A DNA stretch of 64,000 nt from assembly GCA_000004985.1 (NCBI GenBank), contig GG738868.1. One strand, given 5' to 3'. Shown piece after piece: positions 63,379 to 64,000 of the stretch (the stretch's first letter is position 1; each line of letters opens with the position of its first letter). This stretch comes from Naegleria gruberi (taxonomy: Eukaryota). The notes under the pieces were generated by a model, which did no database searches, had not been told where the DNA came from, and saw nothing but the letters and a program-made list of their open reading frames with translations. The translations under genes and the position numbers were made by a program.

Positions 63379-64000
63379 ATGCAAAATGAAAATCATGGTG
63401 ATGGTGGCAACAACGGAAATCAACAAGTCTCAGCATCTTCATCGTCGGAACAAACAAAGAGTGAAGGTGGAAAGAAGAGAATGAAAGGAACACAAGCAGC
63501 CAATATACAACAAGCAAAGGAAAGATTACCCTTTCCAAGATTTGGAGAAAAGTTGGATCAAAGGGCAATAATATCAAAGGAGGAACTTGACTTGAGGATT
63601 AATGAAAGAAAGGAATCTCTCTATACATTATTGCAACAGGAACGATCGAAAAGAGAGTAGGTTTAATTCATTTATTCAGTGCAATTTCAAAATTGACCAT
63701 AGTAAGGATGTTTCATTTGCAGAGTTTATTCCAGAGATGAATGCAGTTAAAGTTCTGCATTTGAAAGGAAAATTAACAGCAAATATGGGATTTTCAGTGA
63801 GGAGAGAAAATTTATGCCCTCGGTTGGATCAATATCCATCAGTTTATATTGAAGGATTGGATTTAAAAATTATTTCGAGGCAAGATGGAGAAAGAGCTTT
63901 CAAATTTTTACATATTGAAGAAGCATTATATTTGATTGATGTTGGAACATTGATTTTAATTCATGAAAAGGACCCAATGGATATTAAAACAATAGAAGTG
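63379..64000 (+). CDS. SEN54: tRNA-splicing endonuclease subunit SEN54-like (N-terminal part; continues beyond window end)
   Basis: Exon 1 63379..63656 (..LPFPRFGEKLDQRA..ERSKR) joins exon 2 63703..>64000 (D KDVSFAEFIPEMNAVKVLHLKGKLTANMGFSVRRENL..FKFLHIEEALYLIDVGTLIL) through a 46-nt GTAGGT..CATAG intron. The blocks LP.RGEK.., A.VLL.KG....MGR/F and the L..EEALYL...G.L.L helix match the conserved N-terminal domain of Sen54. Confidence 0.55.

Noticed and set aside
1-64000. Possibility that the window is a prokaryotic or phage accessory island (operons, defence systems, CRISPR)
   Set aside because: The window contains clear spliceosomal introns that restore conserved eukaryotic proteins (PTEN, RAD6, POC1, CHMP1, TRAPPC5, NEK), a eukaryotic 5S rRNA, and genes on alternating strands with individual promoters. 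There are no CRISPR repeats, RBS-coupled operons or bacterial-type genes except the Fic protein, which has host-like composition.

Overview
This is a compact, AT-rich eukaryotic nuclear segment, not a prokaryotic or defence-island-type window. I can support about 40 protein-coding genes on both strands, with intergenic spacers of roughly 0.1-0.8 kb. About a third of the genes carry short spliceosomal GT-AG introns (43-160 nt; donors GTAAGT/GTATGT/GTAGGT; several with yeast-like CTAAC/TACTGAC branch boxes). I reconstructed the splice sites by hand from homology across ORF-track fragments. The ORF track uses alternative starts (TTG/GTG), so many listed ORF starts lie upstream of the true ATG.

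Confident homologues:
- RsmH/MraW methyltransferase (3' part runs off the window start)
- PTEN
- PIAS/Siz SUMO E3 ligase
- OSBP
- COMM-domain protein
- TRAPPC5
- PX+2xSH3 protein
- secreted histidine acid phosphatase
- ALS2-like MORN+VPS9 protein
- ALG5
- RAD6/UBC2 E2
- Fic-domain protein
- E2(UBC)+F-box fusion
- stand-alone DYW-type deaminase domain
- DnaJ protein
- FSH1-type serine hydrolase
- POC1 centriolar WD40 protein
- half-size ABCA transporter
- CHMP1
- F-box/LRR protein
- DUF4116-repeat protein
- kelch protein
- NEK kinase
- EHD/dynamin-like GTPase
- RBBP9-like hydrolase
- RPS9
- SEN54 (partial at the window end)

Non-coding and mobile features:
- 5S rRNA gene on the minus strand (47392..47509) with a T-run terminator and a duplicated 3' fragment
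- tRNA-like sequence lacking an anticodon arm (49721..49770)
- 790-bp element bounded by perfect 18-bp terminal inverted repeats with TA flanks (56604..57393)

Three genes show coding-frame interruptions that need checking against the assembly: a frameshift in a T5 homopolymer, an in-frame TAG, and a frameshift in a CAT repeat.

I see no obviously novel multi-gene system. The most unusual single items are the PPR-less DYW deaminase gene sitting next to an E2+F-box fusion gene, the compact bacterial-like Fic protein, and the TIR element.

The combination of POC1, a DYW domain, many F-box/LRR and DUF4116 proteins, and codon usage favouring TTG/CAA/GGT/CCA/AGA is compatible with a heterolobosean amoeboflagellate (Naegleria-like) genome. 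That is inference only.
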